Assembly (NCBI RefSeq): GCF_006345805.1
Contig: NW_021825350.1
Location: 1 to 15,860, forward strand
Source of the DNA: Octopus sinensis
Taxonomy: Eukaryota
Direction of reading: 5' to 3'
Length of the DNA: 15,860 nt
The translations under genes were made by a program, and so were the position numbers. The notes under the pieces were generated by a model. The model ran no database searches. It was not told the DNA's origin and was given only the letters and a program-made list of their open reading frames with translations. Position 1 is the first letter of the stretch. The number at the start of each line of letters is the position of its first letter. Positions 1 to 10,089 of the stretch are shown in pieces.

Positions 1-204
1 TTTAAACCAATGAATGAGGTGTATTCAGCTGAGAAAGTTACTGCTGTTTGCGAAAGTAATGTAAGAGAAACGACTTCCAGGTCATCTGTTTTTAAATTCA
101 TTTTTCAACCTTGAGAGTTTAATAAATTAATATGCAGCGGTAGGAAGTTGGTAAGTTTATATAAGCTGTCGTTCAGATCGTCAACACACCACCGATCTAT
201 CCGT

Positions 205-269
<65 letters not shown>
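205..269. repeat. (CT)n microsatellite
   Basis: Direct reading. Confidence 0.97.
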
Positions 270-271
<2 letters not shown>

Positions 272-337
272 GATTTGTCACGTTAAAAAATTAGGCACCA
301 TCACTGAACGAGTTAACTGAAATCAATGATTAAAACA

Positions 338-476
338 TGTATATTTGTGTGTATGTACCTGTGTGTGTGTATGTAAGTATGTAAGTATGTATGTATATAT
401 ATATATATATATATGTATGTGTGCATGTATATGTGTGTGTACGTATTTATGTGTGCATGTATGTGTATGTGCGAGT
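338..476. repeat. Compound (TA)n/(TG)n/(TATG)n microsatellite
   Basis: Direct reading; source of the spurious HIY-rich ORFs 313..546 and 323..577. Confidence 0.9.
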
Positions 477-688
477 GAGAAAATGTGAGAATCTGTATAG
501 TTGCTTGACCTGCTGGAAATGACAGCCAAATCTCTCTCAATGTCACACGCTAACATTATATAAACGAGAGGACACATTGGATAAGATGGAAAAAATACAC
601 ACGCTCACACACACACAGATATATTCCCTATAAAAGAACGTTCTGTTTTTCTCACCCACCTTTCTAATCTTTTATACTTTTCTCCCAC

Positions 689-697
689 CTCTCTCTC

Positions 698-741
<44 letters not shown>
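689..741. repeat. (CT)n microsatellite
   Basis: Direct reading. Confidence 0.97.
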
Positions 742-743
<2 letters not shown>

Positions 744-1242
744 ATGACCCGATGACCCAGAAGTTGTTGTTCTTCCATTACTTTCGCAAACAGCAGCAAC
801 TTTCTTCAGCTGAATACACGTCATTGATTGGTTAAAATTACCAAAATACGACAACATAAACACGAAATAACTTCTAAAATACAAAATTTTGTCAAAAGTG
901 TTGAGAGTAAACCGTATTCTACGTGACACATTCAACCAGTATCCGAAGTTTCAAACTGTTTAGTTAAAAAACTAATTTTAAAATCTGTGACTGAGATTGA
1001 AAAGATCCACCACGGATCTCACTGTTGAATAATACTACTGTGTGTGTAGGTGTATGTGTGTGTGCGTGTGTGTGTAGTTAGGGTAAGAACGTGGTATAGT
1101 TAAGAACGTAGAGGAGTACAATATAAAGCTCGTCCACTTTCAGATTTCCCCCAGTGTTATCCAACGTGTGTGTTTTAAATATATATATATATATCTTTTG
1201 CTTTCCCACCTTCCCTCCCTTGTACCTTGTTTCTCTCTCTCA

Positions 1243-1278
<36 letters not shown>

Positions 1279-1931
1279 ATTCGATCCCTCTGGTTTCTTC
1301 CACTCTCTCCTATTCCTTAGTCCCTCTGCCCTCTCCAACTCCTCCCCTCCTCTACCACGTGATCGGTTGTCGTCCTTTTTCGGCTGACTGCCTTTGAGGT
1401 CAATCACTTCTGTTCCGTCTCGCTACCCGGTCAGTTAAGATTTTCGCATTTCCTTTTTCCTTGCGCTAGCCTATTACACTGTCTGATAGTCGAAAGACCC
1501 CATTTGTTTTGTTTTATTTTTGTTGTGGAACCCAAAGCTTTTTGACCACTGTATATGTATAATTCGATTTCTTATGTTATGTTCGTACTATAGTCGAAAG
1601 ACCCATTCTGTTTGTTATTTCCTTGTATTAGTATATGTACATTCGTTTGCCTTGCTCATGGGTTTAATGCCTTCAGCTCAAGCTCTTGCCCCAGCTAGTT
1701 TCGAGTAGTATCAGAGAGGATTGGGCGAAACTACGTGGACATTCCATACTCCGAGTGAAGAGGCAATTGGCTGCGAATGATCAATGTATCTTGTTTTGTC
1801 CTGTTTGCTGTTGTTGTGCTATCGTCCTTTTCCTGCTCGTTATGTTTTGACGATTTCCGTTTGTTGTGTTTTTACATTTGATGTATCCATGCAGCGCTAC
1901 GTAAAATTTGGTATTTACTATATATATATAT

Positions 1932-2503
1932 ATGAAAGGGATGGTCACTGTGTGGACAACCCTTATGCTTGATGTAGATCCACTATGGTCTTACCACTAA
2001 GAAATGTTCTCAAGAAAAAGTTTGCAAAACAACCAAAATGTAATCGAGCAAGACAAAAGAAAACAATAAAAATAGGAATTATTCACATACATGTTTCACT
2101 ATTAACATATTACGTAATTTTACTTAGGTAAATGTCCGTAGATCTTCGGTGTGACCGTCCAAATAAATATAATTTGCAGAACTATATACTAGGACGTTCG
2201 CACAAAGTCAGATCTGAATATAGTTCTGCCTATTACACTCGTGGTTACTATTCAAATGTCTTCGTTTTGGCGCGCTAAATTACCGAAAAATTGATACTGC
2301 AGAAAATAATTTGCTGCAGTGGCTTTTGTCGGATTAATTTAAATTTGAATTTAAAATGAGGGTGAGAAATTGATATTAATTTAATTAACATTAATTTCAT
2401 ACCAGTGGTCCAGCATATAAAAATCTGAAGGTTCAGTAAAATTGTATTATATACATATGAGAGGGATGACCACTATGTGGACATTCCTTATGCTAGAAGT
2501 AGA
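1932..2503 (+). repeat. Interspersed repeat unit bounded by a 47-bp direct repeat (1932-1978 and 2457-2503), each copy preceded by TA-rich sequence
   Basis: atgaaagggatggtcactgtgtggacaacccttatgcttgatgtaga vs atgagagggatgaccactatgtggacattccttatgctagaagtaga (39/47 identical by hand count). Confidence 0.55.
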
Positions 2504-3475
2504 AGGGAAGTGAAAAATGTTTAAACGAGGCTGTCTTTCCCAGAGGGCAAGAAGCATCGATTATAGAGGCTCCTACAGCAAAATATCATCATACAATGAA
2601 AGGATAGTGTAATGTCGAATTGGTGGAACACAACAAATGCATTGTCGTGGAGGGAAAGACTTCAAGGGATACCTCCACAGAATTAGAGATAAAAGGCTAC
2701 TCGTTTGAACAATGTTAGCTGATCATAAAGAAATATTGTTCCTACTGAAATATTTAAGGACAGAATGGGTTACGTGAACTATGAGTATTTGTGGTATGGA
2801 ATCAAGACAGGGATGGAAGACACAGTTGATATTGGCGGGAGTGGAACTCGTGGCGTTGAACAACGAAACTTGATATTGTAAAGAGGGGTGTGAACATTAA
2901 CGGCTAGCGACGATCACAGTAGCAACAACAACAATAATGGTAGTAAGGAAAGTGGAAATGAATAATAATTGCAAAAGGAGGAGAAACAACAACATCAGCA
3001 ACAAAAAGAATAGAGTAACATGTTGACGAATAACAATCACAAAAAACAGCAAGAACAATGTGAAGAAGAAAAATTGAACGAAAGAAACAAAATCGAGAAA
3101 AAATATCAGAAAGTGGATGAGGATAGGAGTAGAGAAGGGAGAGGGGAGAAAAAGGGAAGGGCGGAAAACAGGGAGGAGAAAGTGAGAGAGAGAGAAGAGG
3201 AAGGCGAGAGGGGGGAGAGAGAGGGGTCAGAGTGATTGATGTACAAAATTTGTGGATAAAATGAAATAGGAAGAGACTATAATGTAATTACAGTCGGTCC
3301 TGATGAAACAGGTATATGATCAAACACTTTACAGCCGCGGCCATCCAGTGTCGTTATGTGTCTCGAAGTATACTTTTCGATGTAGTCTACCTTCTTCAAA
3401 TAGTGAAATGTCATTTGCGGGAGATTTAGTTACTATTTCTTACCAATCAAGTAACGGCGTAATGGAACCTAAGAA

Positions 3476-3488
3476 GATAAATAGATAT

Positions 3489-3528
<40 letters not shown>

Positions 3529-3569
3529 ATAATAGATAGATAGATAGAGATAGATAGATGATAGATATG

Positions 3570-3621
<52 letters not shown>

Positions 3622-3865
3622 TAATAGATAGATATAGATAGATAGATAGAGATAGATAGAGATAGATAATGATAAATAGATAGATATATAGATGATGATA
3701 GATAGATATGATAGATAGAGAGAGATAGATAGATAGATAGATAGATAGATCAGATAGATGATAGACATAGATAGATAGACTGATAGATGATAATAGATAG
3801 ATAGATAGACATAGACAGACAGACAGACAGACAGACAGAGACAGCAGATAGATAGATAGATAGAT

Positions 3866-3910
<45 letters not shown>
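3476..3910. repeat. Long (GATA)n array with embedded (GA)n and (GACA)n
   Basis: Direct reading; ~435 bp. Confidence 0.97.
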
Positions 3911-3947
3911 GTGTCAACCTTCTAATGAGAATGGAATGGTGAAAATG

Positions 3948-4424
3948 TGTGGTGTGTGTGTGGCGAGTGTGCGCACGCGCGTTTGTGTACGCGTGTGTGC
4001 TTTTGTACGTGTGTGTTTGTGTGTGTGTGTGTGTATGTGTGTGTGTGTGTGTGTGTGTTTGAAGGAGTGTGTGTGAAAGCGTGTGGTGTGAGTTGTTGCA
4101 GAGTGATAGGAAATGTCGGAAAGAGAAAGAAAAGCGAGAAAGGAAAGCAAAGAGAGAAAGTAGAGCGGTATGGAAAGAAAGAGGAACACAAGAAAAAGCG
4201 AAGCAAGCAGTGAAAGAGAGAGAGGTGGGGGAGGGAAAAAGGGTAGGGAAAGTGAAAAATAATTATTGATAGAGCGGGGCGGGCGGGAGAACGCTCGATA
4301 AGAAGAGACAGAATTTAGAAAGAGAGAAGAGAGTAGTAAAGAGGTAGATGTGATGAAAGTAAAGAGAGAGGGAGAGAGAGAGTGAAAGAGAGAGTGAGAG
4401 TATGTGAAGGTTATTACTTGTATG

Positions 4425-4469
<45 letters not shown>

Positions 4470-4481
4470 TGTGTGTGTGTG
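3948..4481. repeat. (GT)n tracts flanking a purine-rich (GA/GAAA) low-complexity segment
   Basis: Direct reading; explains ORFs 3914..4516, 3922..4206, 3947..4213 and 4069..4269. Confidence 0.9.
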
Positions 4482-4499
4482 AGCTTAGTTAAGCGAAGT

Positions 4500-4649
4500 T
4501 TGAGATTGAGGTTCATCTAATTAGATTGAAGCTACCGGGAGAGAGAGGTCAGCGAGAGTAGAGTGGAAGGTGAAAGGTCACGCTCGAAGCAAATCAATAA
4601 ACGAGTGTATTGGCTTTGCCGGCTGCCGGAAGTTACAGAAAGAGCCGCC
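4500..4649 (+). promoter_or_regulatory. Candidate Pol II promoter/5' region: palindrome ATCTAATTAGAT (4515-4526), AGGTCA half-sites (4546, 4575), AAATCAATA (4591), ATTGG (4609), ETS-type CCGGAAGT (4626-4633)
   Basis: Dense cluster of recognisable motifs in a short island of complex sequence between microsatellites, directly upstream of GCCGCCATG. Motif matches alone are weak evidence. Confidence 0.4.
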
Positions 4650-4670
4650 ATGATGGTGCACAGAGGAAGA
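4650..4670 (+). CDS. Candidate first coding exon (MMVHRGR), phase-0 donor; product unknown
   Basis: gccgccATG (Kozak-like) at 4644-4652 followed by 7 codons and AGA|GTAAGA, a near-consensus 5' splice site at 4671-4676. No downstream exon confirmed. Confidence 0.35.
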
Positions 4671-4689
4671 GTAAGAAAGTGAAAAACAC

Positions 4690-4782
4690 ATACATACATA
4701 CATAGATGCCTACATAAATGTATACGTGTTTGTATGTGCTGTGTGTGTTACATATAAATATATATATGCATGTATATATATA

Positions 4783-4847
<65 letters not shown>

Positions 4848-5037
4848 TATATCACATGCGCGCATACGCATATTCATACACATGCAGAGAGGTTGACATG
4901 AATAGAGAGAATGAGGAATAACGAAGAAGGGGGAGACGTGAAGGTTAACCAAAGTTGATTGAAGATTTGTGCAGCCAAGAGAGTGAAGCACGTAATTATA
5001 TACGCGTATAGACACAAGCACTCACCTACACAGACAT

Positions 5038-5085
<48 letters not shown>

Positions 5086-5534
5086 ACACTCACATATAGA
5101 GATATGTATACACATGCGTACAGGTTCACAGAATGACGTCCAAAACGACGACAATAACAAGAAAAATGGAACCGACATTGCATAGCGCATACATGTGAAT
5201 TATATACACACACACGCACACACACACATAAGTGCACAAAGACAGCTGCGACAGAAATACGGAATGAAAATACACGTAGAAAACCAACATCCGGAGATGT
5301 GGATGTGTGTATATATACAGCAGCATATTCATGCACGCACACACATATGCAAATATATATCTATACATACATATATATATATATATCAGCCGAAATTACT
5401 ACGATGATCCGGTTCTTGACTGAACTGAGGGTTTCGAATGTCCTGTCCGTGTTTATTGTATCGTCTTCTAAGAGTTATACGTTCTTGTCCATGTTGTATT
5501 TTTCTACATACCTTAATATATATATATTATATAT

Positions 5535-5595
<61 letters not shown>

Positions 5596-5710
5596 TATGA
5601 ATGTATGTATATATGTATGTATATGCACATACACACGCGCAAGTCGGTACGTATGTTTGTATTTGTGTTTGAATGACAGAGAGGGAATGTGTGTGTGTGT
5701 GTGTGTGTGC
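4690..5710. repeat. Interspersed (TA)n, (CA)n and (TG)n microsatellites
   Basis: Direct reading (e.g. (TA)n 4745-4852, (CA)n 5038-5095, (TA)n 5515-5592, (GT)n 5688-5710) with short unique spacers. Confidence 0.9.
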
Positions 5711-6133
5711 GTACGTGTGTAAGTACAGAGTCAAGTACCATATGTTTAACAAACTGATATTTATTCCTGCTGTGAAAATAGACTCCATGAACGAACGAAC
5801 TACTGTGATGTCTGCAACATCAAATCAGCATCAGGATCGACTAGTTTTGTCTTTCATTAGAGACTCATCAGACATCGCTTACCTCTGTCTTTCATATTTC
5901 ATATAAAAAGGCTCGAAGCCACAAACAGAAAGTCTTTATTTGAAGATAACACCTTTTGGTTCGATTCAAATTTCTACATAGTTTATCCTCAGCTCTTAAT
6001 TTCACTGCAAGACTAAACATTCGATTATTGCACATATTAAGTGTAAATTCAATAACACACACACACATACACATCCGCACCCACACCCACACCCACACAC
6101 ACATACAGACACGAACATTCTATGTTTCATATA

Positions 6134-6177
<44 letters not shown>

Positions 6178-6183
<6 letters not shown>

Positions 6184-6348
6184 CTTGGTTGTTAGAAACA
6201 CCTAGATCGCTAGAAATAAAAGCTAAAATGGTCTAATGCCGTATAGCGAAGCACATAAGGACTGTAGTGTCCGAAAACATCGATTGGTGATATCGGGTGT
6301 TTTTTAATACTTTAATTAATGTAGGTATTTCTAACACCGTAGTCATAT
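6178..6348. mobile_element. Small palindromic MITE-like element (~170 bp, 30-bp imperfect TIRs)
   Basis: 6178-6207 atataacttggttgttagaaacacctagat vs reverse complement of 6319-6348 atatgactacggtgttagaaatacctacat (24/30). A related left arm occurs at 13493-13560. Confidence 0.55.
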
Positions 6349-6410
6349 TTACTGACACTCATAGTTTTCCTTTTGGTAAAATATTGATTACTGCTGTCCA
6401 TATTAATTTC

Positions 6411-6486
6411 ATATATATATGTGTGTGGTGTATGTATGAATATATGCATAATATATATATATATATATATATGTATGTATATATAT

Positions 6487-6529
<43 letters not shown>

Positions 6530-6758
6530 TATATATATACTATATAATTATATATATATATACATGTGTATGGCACCTTGGGTAAGTGTCTTTCTACTAC
6601 AGCCCTCGGGCTGACCAAAGCCTTGTGAATGGATTTGGCAGACGGAAACTGAAAGAAGCCCGTCGTATACATATATATATATAATATAATATATACATGT
6701 ATATATACATATATATATATTATATATATACATATATAATAATATACATATATATAAC

Positions 6759-6791
<33 letters not shown>

Positions 6792-6880
6792 CATACATAT
6801 ATATATGAATATATATCTACATATATATAAATGTACTTATGTATGTGTGCATATATATATACCTATATATATATATGAAT
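6411..6880. repeat. (TA)n/(TACA)-rich microsatellite region, interrupted by a SINE fragment
   Basis: Direct reading. Confidence 0.93.
6569..6668 (+). mobile_element. 5'-truncated SINE fragment (same family as 12969-13380)
   Basis: tggcaccttgggtaagtgtc...gacggaaactgaaagaagcccgtcgtata matches 13029-13134 within this window; CCTTGGGCAAG-like (CORE-like) motif. Confidence 0.85.
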
Positions 6881-6964
6881 TTATGTCCCTGTGTGCGCAT
6901 GTGTGCATGTATGCTTAAATGTATGCATGTATGTATGTGTTTATGTATGTGTGTATGACTTCGC

Positions 6965-7675
6965 TTCTTTTATGTATCAGAATTCTTCCTGGAAGGAGCT
7001 GGTTTCTAATTGAGAAACTGAAATTTTGACATCAACATTTATAATCTTTTCATATCAAGCTTTAAGCAAGTGATGCTTATTTTTATTGTTCCACTTACAA
7101 ATGGTATCTATTAAGTTCATGTTAGCCTATCTCTTTGCTTGAAATTTCTAGGCTTGCAAACGGTCGCTCAGACATTTTCTAACATATTGGTATAAATATC
7201 AATTTATAATTAGGGCAGCTGCAGGTTTCGAAGTAATTATTCATAGGTATCTTCTCGCTGATTTTGGAAGAGATATTCACATTTACAGGGGAAGATAATC
7301 TCTATGACTGTCCATAAGTTTCTTTCGTATTTCAAATAACTATATCCGATTTGTTATGTTTGCCATTGACAGACGCCATGATGGGAATATTCTGTCAACA
7401 TTCCTTTCGCTGATATGTATGTATTCTAGATTAGGGGCTGTTGTTTATATTTATCCCAGGACAGTCTTTTCTGCAGATGGAATTGCATATTGTTTTAGCA
7501 ACACAATATATTGTACCTCGATGACATTTTGGGGCAGCTACTGATTGCATGCATTATATCCTTCGCAGAAGTATGATATTTTGTAGCTATTACGTACTTT
7601 TGGATTGCATAAGTGTAAACTTCGAGATATGATGTGATGTAACTGTCACGAGCGCAAGAGAATCTACACTTCATG
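6965..7675 (-). pseudogene. RLE non-LTR retrotransposon 3' fragment A (R4/Dong-like), decayed
   Basis: Minus-strand frameshifted translation: YITSYLEVYTYAIQKYVIATKY..DIMHAISSCPKMSSRY..DVVAK..KHNKSDIVI..TVIEI..EDTYE*LLRNLQL..GTIKI, homologous to fragment D; 3' UTR shares ttagaaac...cctt...gaa..t.tga.a.ataaaa with D. Confidence 0.8.
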
Positions 7676-7689
7676 TTTAGGTATGTTTG

Positions 7690-8345
7690 GTCTTCCCTAT
7701 TTTTATTTTTTTGATACCTTCCGAGAAAGAGAGCCCTAGTTTCAAACAAAGATACAAAACTCCGTTGTTGTAATGTAGCTAACAAAAACAGTATCACTTT
7801 TTAAACCGGAGAAAAGTCCAGGGCCGTTGCATGACTTTTAGAGGCCCCCTGCAACTTTTTGTTTCGAGGCTCCATCTCTTCAATCAAAATTCATAATCTA
7901 CGCACCTTTATTATCTTAAAAATGAAGCATAATCCCTTACAGCTTGTTATATTTTAGAATCATAACAGCAGAGTCTGCTGCGGTGATTCTAAAATACAAC
8001 ACATAAAAAGACTGAAGGGGTTGCAGGGGCTTAGCGACAGCCCTGGAAAAGTCTTGCATATTTTTACTGTTCCACTTGTAGATTGTATTTGTAATGTGCG
8101 AGTAAGTCGGTTGATTCATTTTTCTGAGTACCCCAGATTATCCAGGTATTTATATACAGAACCAAGTGCACCGACTATTATTGGTATAAATGTGAATTTA
8201 TAATCTGGATACATAAGCTGGGGGTTTCGAAGCAGTTATCTGTTATTATCCTCATTTATTATATTTTTTGATTTTCAAAAAGATACATCAACAGGACAGT
8301 TGATCTTGATGACAGTTCATGCTTTTTCTTATTGGTCCTAATCAT
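7690..8345 (-). pseudogene. RLE non-LTR retrotransposon 3' fragment B (same family as A and D), interrupted by a hAT MITE
   Basis: Minus strand: TVIKINCPVDVS..LLRNPQLMYPDYKFTFIPIIVGALGSVYKYLDNLGYSEK*INRLTRTLQIQSTSGTVKICKTF[MITE]LRFKK* (stop at 7794-7796), then 3' UTR with gaaactagggctc...aaaataaaaata tail. Confidence 0.85.
7819..8045. mobile_element. hAT-superfamily MITE (227 bp)
   Basis: TIRs CAGGGCCGTTGC / revcomp CAGGGCTGTCGC (10/12); subterminal inverted motif gccc(c)ctgcaac; perfect 8-bp TSD GAAAAGTC at 7811-7818 and 8046-8053. An 8-bp TSD with CAGGG termini is typical of hAT elements. Confidence 0.9.
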
Positions 8346-8790
8346 ATATGCATGTTTGTACGTATATACATATTTATATTTATTCGTATGTATGTATTCA
8401 CAACCAGCTCTATATTGGTAATATTTTCAGAATTAACGAATCGTGATTTGCCGTTATGGTTGTGTACATTATTTCCAAATGATATGGGATGCCGTTGGTT
8501 TTCATCTAGATCTACAACAGACTACATGACTAGAATTGGATTTAACAAATATTGCGGATTAAAAATTCATGTACTGTATAAGGAAGCAGAAAATTCTTCA
8601 TTCTAGACATCGCAGAAACACATGGCAAAAAGTATGAACTTGGATGCAAAGAATACAGCCTCAGTACAGTATTAATTCTATAATTTCTTCATAACTAGAC
8701 TTGTTGTAGTTGAAATTAGTTGCACGGGTAATACACTGTCGATTACTGATGGCCCTGGAGATGAAGTGTTGCTTTTTCTTTCCTCAGAAC

Positions 8791-8831
8791 TGCTACTACT
8801 ACTACTACGACGACGACGACGACGACGACGA
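8791..8831. repeat. (CTA)n(CGA)n triplet microsatellite
   Basis: Direct reading. Confidence 0.95.
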
Positions 8832-9147
8832 TTGTTTAAGGATGTTGAACAAAATACCCATGCATCCAGAGGTGAATTGTACAAACCCCAAAGAATTTCT
8901 CTCAACACATCGCTATGATGCCCCCCCCACTTCTCCTGCTCATGATCAGAGATGCACATATCGTCAGCCACTACGAGACATGCTCAACTGGTTGAGGTCA
9001 AACAACTAACAAACAAATCTATGGTATTGAGCAGAATATTTGCTAGAGCCCGTCTTTTATACCAAGACAAAACATGTACATGATAACACTTCCAATCAGT
9101 TAAGATCAGAAGCCATGAGAGCCAGTGCCTGGTACTGCCCAGGGCAT
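8832..9147 (-). mobile_element. Unclassified non-coding interspersed repeat flanked by triplet microsatellites
   Basis: Minus strand begins aaatgccctgggcagtaccaggcactggctctcatggcttctgatcttaactgattggaagtg directly after (TAA)n; recalled as a common Octopus repeat (memory only, not searched). Confidence 0.5.
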
Positions 9148-9222
9148 TTATTATTATTATTATTATTATATTATTATTATTATTATTATATTATTATTAT
9201 TATATTATTATTATTATTATTA

Positions 9223-9259
<37 letters not shown>

Positions 9260-9302
9260 TATCATCATCATCATCATCATCATTATTATTATTATTATTA
9301 TT
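9148..9302. repeat. (TTA)n with internal (TCA)n, i.e. (TAA)n/(TGA)n on the minus strand
   Basis: Direct reading. Confidence 0.97.
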
Positions 9303-9730
9303 GTCTTGGGTATGTGCTGTGGTTTGTTGTGATGCACTGTATTGAAAGTACTATACGTAGGATGTGTGCGGTGCCTAGTAGTGCCATTATATGTATGTTA
9401 TATATGCTTGTTAATCCTGGTGTTCTTGTTGTGTATTTGTCTGAATGTGTTTTTATCATACGTAATGCATCTACTATGATAGGAATTGCTTCTGTTTTTA
9501 AACTCCGCATTCGTGTTACCTCTATTTCCAGATCTTTGTATTTTGGTAGTTTCTCCATTTCTTTTAGAGAAACATTGCCATATATTGGTATTGATACATC
9601 GATTAGAAAGCAATTTTTTTCTTGGTGATTTCTGACAACTATATCCGGCCTATTTGCCCTAATTTCTCTACCTGTGTGTATTGGCATATCCCGGTTGCTT
9701 TCTCATTTTCTTTGACATTTTCTGGCGTGT
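9302..9730 (-). pseudogene. RLE non-LTR retrotransposon 3' fragment C (second R4/Dong-like family), endonuclease domain
   Basis: HTPENVKENEKAT../DMPIHTGREIRANRPDIVVRNHQEKNCFLIDVSIPIYGNVSLKEMEKLPKYKDLEIEVTRMRSLKTEAIPIIVDALRMIK..ALLGTAHILRIVLSIQ: RPD, D-(x)n-K and KY motifs of the PD-(D/E)xK restriction-like endonuclease of R2/R4-group elements. Confidence 0.9.
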
Positions 9731-9760
9731 GCATCATCATCATCGTCGTGGATATTCGGG

Positions 9761-10058
9761 CATACATACATACATACATGCATACATACATGCAAACATA
9801 CATATATATACATGCATACATACATACAAACATACATACATACACACATACAAACATACATACATACAAACAAACATATATACATACATATACATACATA
9901 CATGCATACAAACAAGCATACATACATAAATACGTGCAAACATACATACATACAAACACACTTACATACAAACATACAAACAAACAAACAAACATACATA
10001 CATACATACATACATACATACATACATACATACATACATACATACATACATACATACA

Positions 10059-10088
<30 letters not shown>
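9761..10088. repeat. (CATA)n microsatellite with CAAA variants
   Basis: Direct reading; source of the MYVC/HTYI ORFs. Confidence 0.98.

Positions 10089-10089
<1 letters not shown>

Larger units (their letters stand above)
1..836. mobile_element. Inverted-repeat pair (arms 1-86 and 751-836), MITE-like/foldback element; left arm probably continues beyond the window
   Basis: Reverse complement of 1-86 (gatgacctggaagtcgtttctcttacattactttcgcaaacagcagtaactttctcagctgaatacacctcattcattggtttaaa) aligns with 751-836 (gatgacccagaagttgttgttcttccattactttcgcaaacagcagcaactttcttcagctgaatacacgtcattgattggttaaa). No TSD assessable. Confidence 0.6.

Noticed and set aside
1023-1930. Possible solo LTR beginning TGTTG
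   Set aside because: No matching CA terminus, TSD, PBS or PPT identified.
3020-3235. 71-aa E/K/R-rich ORF
   Set aside because: Purine-rich low-complexity sequence; no domain or splice support.
5115-5190. Second exon for the 4650 candidate (cag|GTTCACAGAATG..)
   Set aside because: No polypyrimidine tract or downstream donor; frames close quickly.
9085-9125. Superficial resemblance to U2 snRNA (Utopia target) in ctgatcttaactgattgg
   Set aside because: No U2 branch-pairing GTAGTA, Sm site or stem-loops; match too short.
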